A stretch of 64,000 nt of DNA. Source: a virus. The notes under the pieces were generated by a model, which ran no database searches, had not been told where the DNA came from, and saw only the letters and a list, made by a program, of their open reading frames with translations. This document shows, piece after piece, positions 30,442 through 41,568 of this stretch. The stretch spans positions 32,001-96,000 of the IMG/VR virus record IMGVR_UViG_3300023178_000017; one strand, given 5' to 3'. The first letter of the stretch is position 1; every line of letters begins with the position of its first letter. The position numbers and the translations under genes were made by a program.

Positions 30442-31965
30442 TTACATTTCAATGATCAGTTTGATATCTTCAATCTGATCGGCTGCCCTTGACACAGGAC
30501 CTCTATTCTCAACATAGAGAATATCACCAGTAAATCTTCTCATCTCTGGATGATCTGCATCTACACCAGCGGCATTCACTGAAGTTACAATTGAACCAGA
30601 AGCATTGATGTAAATATCATCATTGTTTTGGAACAATATAAACTCACCACCGCCATTTGCTATCGGTTGATAACTTATAATATTACCTGACTTAGATACA
30701 ACTCTACCAACTGCTGTTGATGCGTTGTTTGTTGTACTATCTGTTATAATATCATCTACTGATATACCTGAAGCACTACCAACTGTAATTCTATTTGTTA
30801 CAGTCATTGTTGATAGTGTTGAAATAGCACCGTCTGAGTCTTGTAAAGGATTTTTAATTAGACCAATTTGTCTAAAATCGTTGTCTGTTGGGAAATCACC
30901 TGAGCCTTCGCCAAACTCTAATCTTGAGTTTACTACTACGAAGTTACCGCCTAGTTCGTCAACTGGATTTGCACCATGACCACCAATTGGTGACATTACA
31001 ACGTGAACTTCTGCACCTGAACCTGATGCTATAGGTGTAGCAGCTGAGTCATCTACGATGTTTGCATCGATAGTATCTAATGATGCACGTCTGTAACCTG
31101 AACCGTATGATGATGAATCTTTAAAATATGCATCTACTAATTCACCTGAGTCAAATGATAATGTTACAACAGCACCTGAACCGTCACCTTGGACTGGAAT
31201 GTCACATGTGAATGTACTTGAACCTCCACTTGTCGCAGTATAACCTGAACCAGCAGATTTAACAATATATCTAAACACTGCACCGTCAACCGCATCGTTT
31301 TCTACATCCCATTGAGCAGAACCGTCATCGGTTGCTGATGAACCGAATCCACCGTTTGTACCGATACCAGCAATTCCTGATTTAGCACCGAGAGTCTTTA
31401 CAGGAATAAAATCGTTAGTTACAAATTTAATAACATCTGAGGCAGTAATTTGATACATAAATTTCCACATATATCCGTCTGAGGTAGTTTCAGGATCAGT
31501 GGTACTAACTGAAGTTGGTTGGTCTGTTGAATTAACAGGATTTACACCGCTATAAGGTGTTTTTAAACACTTATAGACTTTATATTCGTCTGTAATTATA
31601 TAACCCTTACCATCAAACCAGTTCACTATTGAACCGTCTGAACTTGAAGGTACTGCTGTACCTACACCGTAATCGTCTCTATACTCGTCATATACTGTAC
31701 CTGATGTCCAGTCATATCTTACAAGTCCGTGTGATACATCACCTGAAGAAACTTGTTTAAGAGCAATCATATTTGATTGTGCTCCTAATATTTCCTCTAC
31801 TGAATTGTTTGGACTTGGTGGGTTATTATCGTCAATTGATGAATCATCAGCATCTACCCATGCGTGTGATCTACCAATGAATATGTAATTTTTAGAATCG
31901 CTGAAATCTGCAACAAATTCTTTTGCATTGTGCGTTCTAAAATTCTCTAAAATTATTGCTGCCAT
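30442..31965 (-). CDS. gp8: Baseplate wedge protein
   Basis: YIFIGRSHAW...RYDWTSGTVYDEY...YKVYKCL...DGYMWKFMY...GHGANPVDELG...DFRQIGLIKNP...GDILYVENR...QIEDIKLIIEM. Confidence 0.9.
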   Translation of the reverse strand: MAAIILENFRTHNAKEFVADFSDSKNYIFIGRSHAWVDADDSSIDDNNPPSPNNSVEEILGAQSNMIALKQVSSGDVSHGLVRYDWTSGTVYDEYRDDYGVGTAVPSSSDGSIVNWFDGKGYIITDEYKVYKCLKTPYSGVNPVNSTDQPTSVSTTDPETTSDGYMWKFMYQITASDVIKFVTNDFIPVKTLGAKSGIAGIGTNGGFGSSATDDGSAQWDVENDAVDGAVFRYIVKSAGSGYTATSGGSSTFTCDIPVQGDGSGAVVTLSFDSGELVDAYFKDSSSYGSGYRRASLDTIDANIVDDSAATPIASGSGAEVHVVMSPIGGHGANPVDELGGNFVVVNSRLEFGEGSGDFPTDNDFRQIGLIKNPLQDSDGAISTLSTMTVTNRITVGSASGISVDDIITDSTTNNASTAVGRVVSKSGNIISYQPIANGGGEFILFQNNDDIYINASGSIVTSVNAAGVDADHPEMRRFTGDILYVENRGPVSRAADQIEDIKLIIEM

Positions 31966-31984
31966 TTTTTTGTAACTCCTCGGT

Positions 31985-32003
31985 TATTTATAAACTATTT
32001 ATA
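31985..32003 (-). promoter_or_regulatory. Two tandem TATAAATA late-promoter boxes upstream of gp8
   Basis: Exact consensus at 31985-31992 and 31996-32003. Confidence 0.65.
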
Positions 32004-35000
32004 ATGCTGCTAGGGTTGAATTGGTAACTTTTGATGAAGAAACATAGGTAGAATGAGCTATATTAGTTCGTCTGTTCGCATATAGAGGTAATTCTGCTAT
32101 ATACATTAACCCTAATAGGTTATCTAACTGACTAATTCTTAGTCCTTCACTCTCGCTAGTTTCATCCAACATGAAACCTCCGCCACTTTCTAAAAGTATT
32201 CTATCACCAAAGTCTGGTTCTGTATTGATATTGTTTACAATATTTGATGCGTTGCCAGATTCTTGGTGGATATGATATGCTATCTTATAAGTTTGTTGAT
32301 ACGCAATCTTATTTAGTGATCTAAATGTAGACCCTATAGGAGCAAAACTATGTAAGTTACTACCTGAACCTAATCTTTCGTCTGTTATTGGATTGCCATC
32401 TTCAAAAATCATTCTATCACCATTTTCCATATAGAAGTATGGTTCGTACATTTCTGCCGATCTTTCAGTTACGAAATACTCTGGCATTTCTGGTACAGTT
32501 TCATCTTCTAATTCAACTACTAAACCACTTATGTCTTCATAACCACTTGTTGCTGGGTTGTATGAATCAGGATCATTAGGGTCACTTAATTCGTAAATCT
32601 TTGCATGATCTTCAAATACGATTCTTGGACCAACCTCATCTCTGTTTTGTGGTTCATGGTTTAGATAGTTTCTTGGTTCTTCACTTCTAAAGAGATTGCC
32701 GTCTTCTAATGCTATTCTTTCATCTAAGAACTCTGCAAATTGGAACACTGTACCTTGATCTGAAGGTCTAGCACCAATTGGTGACACCGCATCTTCTTTA
32801 GTCATAATCAGATAGTCTCTATCAGTGTTGTATAAGTTCAATACTGATACTACGCCATCTAATCTTGGTGATCTTTGATTTGATATTGTTATTTCTTCTG
32901 CAACTGGATCATGTGATATATTTTGATATTGTTTCTGTGATACAGGATCAATTGCTGAAATACCACTGTACCTCGATCTAAGTTTAGACTTAAGTACAGC
33001 ACTAATTAATGTTCTTACTGAGTTTATATTTAAATGTCTGTTTCTATGTGACGAATCTCCATACTCAGTTAATGGTTCTGTGATTGCGCCGTCTGTTCTT
33101 GGGTCTGTACCTGTTGTAGGTATGCCCGCTTCATCTAAGTTGATTTGCATTGCTAAATCTTCTAACTCAGATGCTGTAGTATGGAATAATACTAATGTTT
33201 CTTTCTTAGTAGATGCTTTAGCCTCGAATGCCTGTTCATTTTCAATATAGTAACCATCTTCTGTTAATATTTTGAACTTTCTTTGTTTTACATTGATAAG
33301 ATTAGGGTCTTGACCTGTATCTAAGTAACCTAGTGTTGCATCATCTGGATCTGCATCTTCTAATAATAAATGTTCTGAAGCATAAGTTGTAAGTAGTATA
33401 GTTGGTACGAATGTTGTATTCTGAATACCAAGTGTGTTTTTAGGATCGACTGTAAATCTTCCGTCTCTATCGTCTTGTACGATGTATCTATCAAGTGCAA
33501 CTTCACCAAAGAAAATGTGACCAGATGGATGGACTAAATCTTTAACTGCCGATCTATACGCATTGATTGATTCACCAACTTTAATCACATATGAATGTGA
33601 TTGATAGAATAGACCATCGTGTATGTTAGTTGTATCGCTAGATACATAACCTTTATTGCCGAAGAAGTTATCGTTTATTACACCTTCACCAGCATATTCA
33701 CCTCTTGCTTCGTATGGGTCATATCTCAATACTTCAAAGTATTGTCCGTTTGCATAATCAATAAATTCGTTTTCAGCAAATGTACCACTTACATTTGTAA
33801 ACTTAAGTAAATTTCTTTGTTCATCAAATGATATTACCTCACCTGTTGCACCAGATTTTCTGCCAGTAAACGTTACACCTTTTGTTAAATCAGCTACAGC
33901 AGTTGGATTACCAATCAACATATTGTAATATGAATCACCGCCTAAAACTGCATGTTCATCAAAGTTATAACCTTGTGATGTGATTCTGATCTTGCCAACA
34001 CCACCGACCTTAGATGACCAAGCAAATAGACTTGCACCTTCACCTGCTGTGACTGTTGATTGTTTAATTGTGCCTTCTGTACCAGAAGAAGAACCTGTTA
34101 TGATATCTGAAGTTACAAAGTGACCTATATTAGATTCAGTCTTTTTAATTACAAGTCTTTTGTTCTTTGAATCAATACGTGATATAACACCGTTTGCAGT
34201 AGCAGCCTGATTGGTTACAGTTTCACCAACTGTAAAACTATCGTAGTTATCTACATAAATGTAACCACCTGGAAATACTCTAGGTAGTGTTTGATATCCT
34301 GTACCACCTGAAGTAATTGCTATTCTTCTAATTCTCTGATCATTATCTGGATTATTACCATCTTCGATCATGACAACTGAACCATTGACGCCAGTTGTTG
34401 TTTGTTCTAAAGTAACTCTAGTAAACTCTGATATTAATTCAACTCTTTCACCACCAGCAGGTGTTGGTGATGTGTCAAATACCACTCTATCTAAAAAAAT
34501 TGTATAGTTTTGTCTGCTCTGTTCTATACCATCTACAAACACTTTAACTTGTAGACCATTCAGTGCGATAGGTTTATTATTTAAATCTCTTGCACCTAAA
34601 CCACCAAATGTAGTTTGACCAGCAGTTGCAGTAAATTCGTACTGATCAAATGCTGTAGCGTTTTCTAAAATAAGTTCGTCACCAGTAGCAGCTATTATCG
34701 CTTCTGCACCAGCACCCTCTGTACCTGCTTCTTCAAATACAATAATATCGTTTGCTGAATAACCTGTACCTGCATTTTCAATGTATATGTGTTCTATTGG
34801 ACCTCTAGTCAATTCTGATACAGTTGCTACTGCATCTATTTCACTAGCATCTACTTTTGAACCTGTGAATCTAATTTGATCGTTTAGATCATACATTGAT
34901 CCAACTCTTGCACGTTCAAATAATAACCCACCGCCCATCTCTGATTCGGTATTTGGGTTACTTTCTGTATAACCAGAAGAGGCATTTCCTGATTCGTATC

Positions 35001-36084
35001 TTAAACTACCTGAATTGTCTTCTAATTGAAAATAAGTGCCTGAGTCATCTTTTTTGACTTGAGATATGATACCTGTTAAAGTACCTGTATAAATTGTGAC
35101 ACCATCTCTATCTACAAGTTTAACTTGTTTGTTTGGTTGAAATGTGCCTCTGTGTGTTCTGGAAATTGTAAGTTGATACTGTCTGTCTATTTCAGATATA
35201 ATACCAACCTTTTCAACGATTGCTTCAGCAACTACTAAAGTTGCATCATCATCGCTGTATTGTAATATTTTGTCAGTCTCTTTTGGCACTTGGCCAACTG
35301 ACATGATGACATTACATTGTCTTTCTTCTTCGTACTCTGACTCTGAAGCAAAGAATGTTTCTTCTATAGGATATCTAACAGAAGAAGATTCACCATATAG
35401 AATTCTCATTAAGAATTGTATGGACTTTTCAGTACCTTTCTCTTTGTATAAAGTACCTATGTTCTTTAATGTAAGTCTAGGATTTTGTGTGTCTCTCAGA
35501 TTAAGAGACGGTATAAAATCTTTTTGAAAGTATTTTAAAAATGTTTCTAATGTTCTATCAATATCAGAATAGTCTAGTAATCTATTTGATGCGACAATAC
35601 TATTTTCTTTGTATGTTTTAACAACACCTGTTTGATTGCCTGATCTACCAACAATAGTTTCACCTACTGTGAAACCATTTCCTGATATTGTATCAACTAA
35701 AAATGTTTTATCATTTATAACTCTAATCTTAGCGATTGAACCACTAGATTGACCATAAATGTATTCATCTTTAGTAAAAGGGTCTGATTGAATATCAGAC
35801 AATGATGAGGCGTTGAGAAGTATCTTTGATGAGTCTGCTTCTGGATTGCCTGCAAAAGTATTCTTTTCAAAAAGGATGGCACCCCTTTCTTTCTGAGTGC
35901 CGTCCTCTAATCGAATGCCGTCTAGTGCTTGAATACTATCAAGCACTAGAATTTCGGACTCTAAGTACTCAAAATACGCCTCTAAAAAACTTTCAAATAC
36001 AGGTGCATCTTCTCTTAAATGATCTGGTAAGAGAGATGGTAACCTCGTTGATAGTCTGTCATAGACGTGATTTTGATGAGACAT
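31999..36084 (-). CDS. gp7: Baseplate wedge initiator (gp7-like)
   Basis: FLEAYFEYLE...LYKEKGTEKSIQFLMRILYG...IHDGLFYQSHSYVIK...VKDLVHPSGHIFFGE; between gp6 and gp8. Confidence 0.8.
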   Translation of the reverse strand: MSHQNHVYDRLSTRLPSLLPDHLREDAPVFESFLEAYFEYLESEILVLDSIQALDGIRLEDGTQKERGAILFEKNTFAGNPEADSSKILLNASSLSDIQSDPFTKDEYIYGQSSGSIAKIRVINDKTFLVDTISGNGFTVGETIVGRSGNQTGVVKTYKENSIVASNRLLDYSDIDRTLETFLKYFQKDFIPSLNLRDTQNPRLTLKNIGTLYKEKGTEKSIQFLMRILYGESSSVRYPIEETFFASESEYEEERQCNVIMSVGQVPKETDKILQYSDDDATLVVAEAIVEKVGIISEIDRQYQLTISRTHRGTFQPNKQVKLVDRDGVTIYTGTLTGIISQVKKDDSGTYFQLEDNSGSLRYESGNASSGYTESNPNTESEMGGGLLFERARVGSMYDLNDQIRFTGSKVDASEIDAVATVSELTRGPIEHIYIENAGTGYSANDIIVFEEAGTEGAGAEAIIAATGDELILENATAFDQYEFTATAGQTTFGGLGARDLNNKPIALNGLQVKVFVDGIEQSRQNYTIFLDRVVFDTSPTPAGGERVELISEFTRVTLEQTTTGVNGSVVMIEDGNNPDNDQRIRRIAITSGGTGYQTLPRVFPGGYIYVDNYDSFTVGETVTNQAATANGVISRIDSKNKRLVIKKTESNIGHFVTSDIITGSSSGTEGTIKQSTVTAGEGASLFAWSSKVGGVGKIRITSQGYNFDEHAVLGGDSYYNMLIGNPTAVADLTKGVTFTGRKSGATGEVISFDEQRNLLKFTNVSGTFAENEFIDYANGQYFEVLRYDPYEARGEYAGEGVINDNFFGNKGYVSSDTTNIHDGLFYQSHSYVIKVGESINAYRSAVKDLVHPSGHIFFGEVALDRYIVQDDRDGRFTVDPKNTLGIQNTTFVPTILLTTYASEHLLLEDADPDDATLGYLDTGQDPNLINVKQRKFKILTEDGYYIENEQAFEAKASTKKETLVLFHTTASELEDLAMQINLDEAGIPTTGTDPRTDGAITEPLTEYGDSSHRNRHLNINSVRTLISAVLKSKLRSRYSGISAIDPVSQKQYQNISHDPVAEEITISNQRSPRLDGVVSVLNLYNTDRDYLIMTKEDAVSPIGARPSDQGTVFQFAEFLDERIALEDGNLFRSEEPRNYLNHEPQNRDEVGPRIVFEDHAKIYELSDPNDPDSYNPATSGYEDISGLVVELEDETVPEMPEYFVTERSAEMYEPYFYMENGDRMIFEDGNPITDERLGSGSNLHSFAPIGSTFRSLNKIAYQQTYKIAYHIHQESGNASNIVNNINTEPDFGDRILLESGGGFMLDETSESEGLRISQLDNLLGLMYIAELPLYANRRTNIAHSTYVSSSKVTNSTLAAL

Positions 36085-36086
36085 AA

Positions 36087-36569
36087 TTAGCTAACTGTTA
36101 CTGTGCCTCTACCGCCAGATGCTAGATGGTACCATAACGAACCAATACCAATTAAAACAACTGAAGTATCAGATTCTAATGAAACTGAATCAGTAGTTGT
36201 ACCAGTATTCCAACCTGTTGCGTTAACGTTTAAGTCTTGAGCAACGTTGTCATCTTTTCTGACAATAATTTTAAGTTGACCTTCATGTGAAGGAGCATCT
36301 AAAGTCATAGAAACTGCTGTACCACCACCGTAACCAGTGAAGTCAACAATTGATACTGCTTCTGATGCTTCAATCTCTGTTGAAGATTCATCCAATGTTT
36401 CAACATCGTTAAATGCTAAAAATGATGGAACATTATTGAATAACCTTTTTAAGGTCATGTTCTTGTTTATAGGTGTTCCTGAAGGATCGTCAACGATGTG
36501 AAGTAAATCACCTTCGTTAATTTGTGCTTCACCTATTAAACTAAGCGCTGTTATTTTTTTATCTGCCAT
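36087..36569 (-). CDS. Virion structural protein
   Basis: MADKKITAL...GDLLHIVDD.SGTP.NK N-terminal motif typical of phage structural proteins. Confidence 0.6.
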   Translation of the reverse strand: MADKKITALSLIGEAQINEGDLLHIVDDPSGTPINKNMTLKRLFNNVPSFLAFNDVETLDESSTEIEASEAVSIVDFTGYGGGTAVSMTLDAPSHEGQLKIIVRKDDNVAQDLNVNATGWNTGTTTDSVSLESDTSVVLIGIGSLWYHLASGGRGTVTVS

Positions 36570-36640
36570 TCTCTTTTCCTCCTATAATCCAATTGAATGG
36601 GAAACTACTCACGGTAAATTCCGTGACCACTTTATGCATA

Positions 36641-38512
36641 TTAATAATTTGTGTTGGATGTAGAAGTGTATCCTACACCAGCACTACTCTCACCACTTGC
36701 GATGGTGTCTACTTCGCCGTCTACGTTTATATCATCGACACTGATATCAATTAGAGAACCTCTAACTGCAACAACATCGTTGCTAGAAGGTAGAACTGTG
36801 AAGTCGATTGAGGTATCACTATTGGTTGTACCAGTGATAGTGATGGCATCAATCGTAATCTTTCCTGTACCATAATCTATGGTACCTGCCTCGTAATCTT
36901 TTATAGTTCTAACACCAGAAGCTAAAACATATCTTCTGATCTTACCTGATCCGTCATCATCAAAGAAATGATCGTTGACTGAATCGCCTTGTACTTTGAA
37001 ACCAGATGATACTAAAATACCACCACCTGCTTTATTGTGTCCGTCATGAGGATGGTAGAAACCATTTCCAAATTTAATTTCTAATCCTTTTTGTTTGTTT
37101 AATTCTACCTTTTGAGATTTTCTCAATCTAATGTTTGTTGAGTTAGATAGAATCGATCCCTCTGATTCATCAATTGCTTTGACTAATTTTGAATGTCTAA
37201 AGATTGAATCAAAGTTACTTAAATTTGTATTGTCGAAATTTACGATAGCAGCTCTAACTACTGATTTCATTTCTCCAATTGAGAGTTGAGTAGCACGTGA
37301 ATCGTATTTAAATACAGTTGTTACCAGAATCTTAACAATGTCTGCATCAACAATTACTGGTTTAACTGTAACCATGTTTAATGCATTTAGTTTTTTGATA
37401 ACATCTGCTTTTTCAAACTCAGACAAATAATCTGAGTTTTGTGGTTTAAGTGACAAGAAGACTTTACCATAATCAGGTGGATCGTTATCTTCACCACCCC
37501 AAACTGCAACTGCATCGGCGTTTGGATAGTATTCACTTACTTTTGCTTTATAGTCGTTCAATGTGACCAATCTGTTTTGTGATGTGTAGAATTTTGTTGC
37601 TTTAAATTTAATAGAATCTATTGATTCTTTTTCAGCACCACCTGTTGCTTCAGTTACAGTTGTAACAGTAGCACTTATAAAACCATTGATTGGTTGTGTA
37701 AGTGTAAATCTTTTGGCACCCTCAGCATGTTCTAAATCAACTACTACATAAACTGCATTGATGATATCACCATCTAATAGTTGATTACCAAGAACACCAT
37801 CACCAAAATAAAACTCTACAAATCCTTCTTCGTTTTCTTGTGTATAAAAAACTTTAGATGATGAAGATATCGTAGAAATACTTTTAGCATCTACATACGT
37901 TTCTTCAACACCGTTTGAAATAACAGTGACTACTAATTTACTTTTATCAACTCTTTCATTTGATAAAACAAACTTTGAGTTTTTAATTTGTGAATCAAAA
38001 ACAAATTGATCTGTTACGTATTGACCTTGAACAAGTTCTATATTATTCCAATTGAAACTTTTATTTGATCTTGTAGGAGTGATTGATGATGTGCAAACAA
38101 AATTGTATGCTACATTGTCATAGATAGTTGTGAATTGTTGACCTCTTGATAATGTCATATCGCTTGGTGTAGGGATTGTACCATCTGCGTTAACAACATT
38201 ATCCATTTGCATATTGACATAAGCAGCTGATGCCTTCTCAGATGCAGGTACAAAACCTAAATCTTTAGCACGTGATACAACGTTCTTTCTCAGTTGTGCT
38301 GAATCTAAGAACATTTCTGAAGCTGCTATGTTTGTATTGATTGCACCGATGTGAGATGCATATGCTAACATGTCAATAAGAACTGACATGGTCGAACCTT
38401 CGAAGTTATAGTCTTTGAATAACTCTTGTCCTTTTAAATATGATTTAATATTACTTACGATATCATCAAAATCTTGATCTGTTGTATTAATTTGTGAACT
38501 CTTTACTGCCAT
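36641..38512 (-). CDS. gp6: Baseplate wedge subunit
   Basis: DFDDI..NIK.YL...FKDYNFEGS.MSVLID.LAY...EMFLDSAQLR...FGDGVLG...QNRLVT..DY...WGGE. Confidence 0.93.
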   Translation of the reverse strand: MAVKSSQINTTDQDFDDIVSNIKSYLKGQELFKDYNFEGSTMSVLIDMLAYASHIGAINTNIAASEMFLDSAQLRKNVVSRAKDLGFVPASEKASAAYVNMQMDNVVNADGTIPTPSDMTLSRGQQFTTIYDNVAYNFVCTSSITPTRSNKSFNWNNIELVQGQYVTDQFVFDSQIKNSKFVLSNERVDKSKLVVTVISNGVEETYVDAKSISTISSSSKVFYTQENEEGFVEFYFGDGVLGNQLLDGDIINAVYVVVDLEHAEGAKRFTLTQPINGFISATVTTVTEATGGAEKESIDSIKFKATKFYTSQNRLVTLNDYKAKVSEYYPNADAVAVWGGEDNDPPDYGKVFLSLKPQNSDYLSEFEKADVIKKLNALNMVTVKPVIVDADIVKILVTTVFKYDSRATQLSIGEMKSVVRAAIVNFDNTNLSNFDSIFRHSKLVKAIDESEGSILSNSTNIRLRKSQKVELNKQKGLEIKFGNGFYHPHDGHNKAGGGILVSSGFKVQGDSVNDHFFDDDGSGKIRRYVLASGVRTIKDYEAGTIDYGTGKITIDAITITGTTNSDTSIDFTVLPSSNDVVAVRGSLIDISVDDINVDGEVDTIASGESSAGVGYTSTSNTNY

Positions 38513-38931
38513 TACCTTACCCTACTTACGGTTAATTCTATGTTTTGTGCTCTTGATGCATTTCTGATTGTATAAAAAATTCTAACATTCATCTCATTAG
38601 TATCTTCATCATTCAATCCAATTTTAACGTTGTAGACTCTTGGTTCGTACAACTCAATCATTTCTGCTAATCTTTTAGCAAATTTTTCTTTTGATCTCTC
38701 AGTACGCAACTCAAATAGTTGATCTCTAAGAGAGGCACCAAAGTTTGGTTTAAAAGGTCTTTCAAATTTATTTGTTAAGACTATGTTACGGACCGATCTT
38801 TTAATTGCATCTGTATCTTTTTTAGTCATTATATCACCAGTAATTGGGTGAGCAACAAAAAGAGCATCAAGATCAGAATATGATTCTTTTACTGCATTAA
38901 CTTTGGCATTTGGTTTTAGATACTCGGTCAT
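38512..38931 (-). CDS. gp25: Baseplate wedge subunit
   Basis: YSDLD...AIKRSVRNIVLT...ERPF.P.FG...LFE...YEPRV. Confidence 0.92.
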   Translation of the reverse strand: MTEYLKPNAKVNAVKESYSDLDALFVAHPITGDIMTKKDTDAIKRSVRNIVLTNKFERPFKPNFGASLRDQLFELRTERSKEKFAKRLAEMIELYEPRVYNVKIGLNDEDTNEMNVRIFYTIRNASRAQNIELTVSRVR

Positions 38932-38936
38932 CTAAC

Positions 38937-38944
38937 TATTTATA
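38937..38944 (-). promoter_or_regulatory. T4-type late promoter TATAAATA
   Basis: Exact consensus 5 nt before the gp25 ATG. Confidence 0.7.
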
Positions 38945-38959
38945 CATTTCCTTTAGTGA

Positions 38960-40522
38960 TTATGTTGATACGATTGAAATTAATCCTCTATTTGGTGCTG
39001 TGTCGAAAATCACCAGTCTCAAAAGTGCATTTATTGAGTAATCTTCTGGTTCAACTATCTTGCCACTCACATATACTGAGAGATCGTTTACACTTACATC
39101 ACTAGGTATACTAAATTCTGTTTGTCCTGAAGATGCAAATTCCTTATTAGTTGCTACTGCGTATACAGTCTTGCCTTCTCCAGCAGGACTATCAAGTGTG
39201 ATAGATCCATCTTCATTTTCAGTAAAGTTTGATGTTCTCTGACCATCAACTAAAACGTATTTGTTTCCACCTGTGCCTTCTGGTGTAAACGTAGTCTGCG
39301 ACCCATTTGATTTTAACAATCCACCAGTCAATGCTAAAAGACTAGCATCTTTGATTGTTTCTGGATGAATAGGTTTTGGTAAAGTCGCATTACTTATGTT
39401 GATTGCAAAAGGGAATCCTATTAGATTGAGTAAATCACAAAATGTAAATGTTAAGAATTCAAAGATTTTTCCTAGACCGATTGCATCAAAGAACTTCTTC
39501 ACAATCTTTACCCATTCCATTAATAACTTCTTCTGCCAATTTTGTTTGAAGTCTTCTAATGCTAGTTTGAACTCCATAATTTTCTCTTCTAAAGATGCAA
39601 CATTCTCATCAATAAACCCACCAATAATACTTCTAACATTAAAACCGAAAAGACTAATATCTTCGATAGCACTTAATATGTCTGCATTAATTCTTGCTAA
39701 CTCTTCTTCGAGTTTTTCTCTTGCTTCGCCTACTGCATTTTGGACTTTCTCTACTAACTTGTCTCTTTTTTCTCTTAGTTTTGCAATTGCTTTTTCAATC
39801 TCAGCACCCACATCTAAAGTAAACAATGCAATTAGATTAGGCAGTCCAAGTAAATCCCATATTTCATCGAACATGTCAATCAACTTACCAAAGATACTAT
39901 GTAAACCGTTTGTTAGTAGTTCTTGTATTTTAGTTTTGATATACTGCCATGTCATCTTTGCTTTCCACTCATTACATAACACACCAAAGTCTGCTTTGAA
40001 TCCTTGAAACTCTTCGGCAACCTGTGCAAAAAACTTATCAACATCTTCTGCAATTTGAGTCTTGATTCTGAGTTGTTCTTCTTTAGTAAATATCTTTAGA
40101 AGATTGATTTCGATGCCAAGAACAGTTATATTAAAATCAAAAGGAATAAGTTTTGAGATAATTTCCATTATCTTCGTTGGAACATAGAGATGTAATTCCT
40201 GTAAGAGTTCAGTGATGGCATCTTTTGCTTCTTTTTGCCAATTACGAATAGTGCCTTTTTGCCAATACGGAGATAGTATGTCTGCTATCTTTTCCATGAA
40301 CTCAGAGATTTCATCTGATATTTTTTGTAATTCTTTTGCTACGTCTTCTGTTATCTCATCTTTCTTTTCCACTAAAAAAGATTTAATTTCACTTGGTATT
40401 TGTGCAATCTTATTGATTGCATTGAGTAACTCTTCTTTTGTAGGAAGATTAAAGATATCACCTGGTGGGCATGGAAATGCCGAGGGGATTTGTGGTACAT
40501 CATATGTTGGTGCTGTAGTCAT
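38960..40522 (-). CDS. Hypothetical baseplate-region protein (helical N-part, beta-rich C-part)
   Basis: 520 aa ORF whose start overlaps the gp5 stop. Confidence 0.65.
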   Translation of the reverse strand: MTTAPTYDVPQIPSAFPCPPGDIFNLPTKEELLNAINKIAQIPSEIKSFLVEKKDEITEDVAKELQKISDEISEFMEKIADILSPYWQKGTIRNWQKEAKDAITELLQELHLYVPTKIMEIISKLIPFDFNITVLGIEINLLKIFTKEEQLRIKTQIAEDVDKFFAQVAEEFQGFKADFGVLCNEWKAKMTWQYIKTKIQELLTNGLHSIFGKLIDMFDEIWDLLGLPNLIALFTLDVGAEIEKAIAKLREKRDKLVEKVQNAVGEAREKLEEELARINADILSAIEDISLFGFNVRSIIGGFIDENVASLEEKIMEFKLALEDFKQNWQKKLLMEWVKIVKKFFDAIGLGKIFEFLTFTFCDLLNLIGFPFAINISNATLPKPIHPETIKDASLLALTGGLLKSNGSQTTFTPEGTGGNKYVLVDGQRTSNFTENEDGSITLDSPAGEGKTVYAVATNKEFASSGQTEFSIPSDVSVNDLSVYVSGKIVEPEDYSINALLRLVIFDTAPNRGLISIVST

Positions 40523-41568
40523 TATGAATTAAGTTTAACAGTCTTACCATTTATGTCAACGAGAGGTGCGGTGATAGTCGTTGATATACTTGATGAGATT
40601 TTCATTGCTTTATCTGAATGTATGTCTGCTTTTCCATCAATATCAATTTTAGCATCACCACCGATATCGATGGTAGCATCTCCTAAAATTTTAACATTAC
40701 ATTTACCGCCAATGTATACATTATCGTCTTTACATATGACCGTATAATTATCGTTGACAACTCTATGTACTTCTGTTCCGTCTTTGTGTATCTCGTAGAA
40801 AGTACCTGATCTATGTGAGACTGCTAATCTCTCACCACCCACTGAGTCATCCATTTCTATCATGTGACCTGATTCTGTGTGATGAACTTTATTAAAAGGA
40901 TACAATGTCTTTGAACGATCTGGTTTAAAATCACCTAAATTTGGTAGATCATCAAATTGAGTATAGATTGCACCGCCCTTAGCAAATCTGTTAAGATCGG
41001 ATTCATTTTCATAATCTTTGAGAGGATAATATGGTCTTGTACCATCAAACAATTCGCTATCAGATGATTCTTCTATTTTACTTCCTTTACCTTTGTAATC
41101 TATCTCTAATGCTTTTGGTAATCTTGGAGAATGTTCGATCTTTAATGTTAGTTCGTTGCCTCTTGACGGCAATTCTGGTGGGTTTAGACCGTCTAATGTA
41201 CCAGAGTAATCTGTTCTTCTAGGATCATTGAAGCCTTTGTCGACTGATCTATCTAACAATTCACCTGTGATAGTTTCTTTATAACCAGTCTGGTTAATAC
41301 CCATGTTAACACCCATGACTACGAAGTCTTGCATGTCATCATCTCTAAACATACCAAACACGGTAGAACCTTCGACTAATGAATGACCGTGACCAAAACC
41401 TGAAAATCCTATAGCAGTCGTTGGTAGAATAACTGTAGACCAAGGCAGATCGGCAGAAGCTAATTGAGTTTTGTTATCCGTATGTACACTATGTACACGA
41501 ACTCTAACACGACCTATCTGTAATGGGTCGTTTCTATCTTCAACTATGCCGTAAAAAAATCTAATCAT
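40522..41568 (-). CDS. gp5: Baseplate hub/spike protein without lysozyme domain
   Basis: FFYGIVEDRNDPLQIGRVRVR...LPW (OB fold); YPFNKVHHTESGH.IE.DD...ERL...HRSGTF; beta-helix repeats. Confidence 0.9.
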   Translation of the reverse strand: MIRFFYGIVEDRNDPLQIGRVRVRVHSVHTDNKTQLASADLPWSTVILPTTAIGFSGFGHGHSLVEGSTVFGMFRDDDMQDFVVMGVNMGINQTGYKETITGELLDRSVDKGFNDPRRTDYSGTLDGLNPPELPSRGNELTLKIEHSPRLPKALEIDYKGKGSKIEESSDSELFDGTRPYYPLKDYENESDLNRFAKGGAIYTQFDDLPNLGDFKPDRSKTLYPFNKVHHTESGHMIEMDDSVGGERLAVSHRSGTFYEIHKDGTEVHRVVNDNYTVICKDDNVYIGGKCNVKILGDATIDIGGDAKIDIDGKADIHSDKAMKISSSISTTITAPLVDINGKTVKLNS

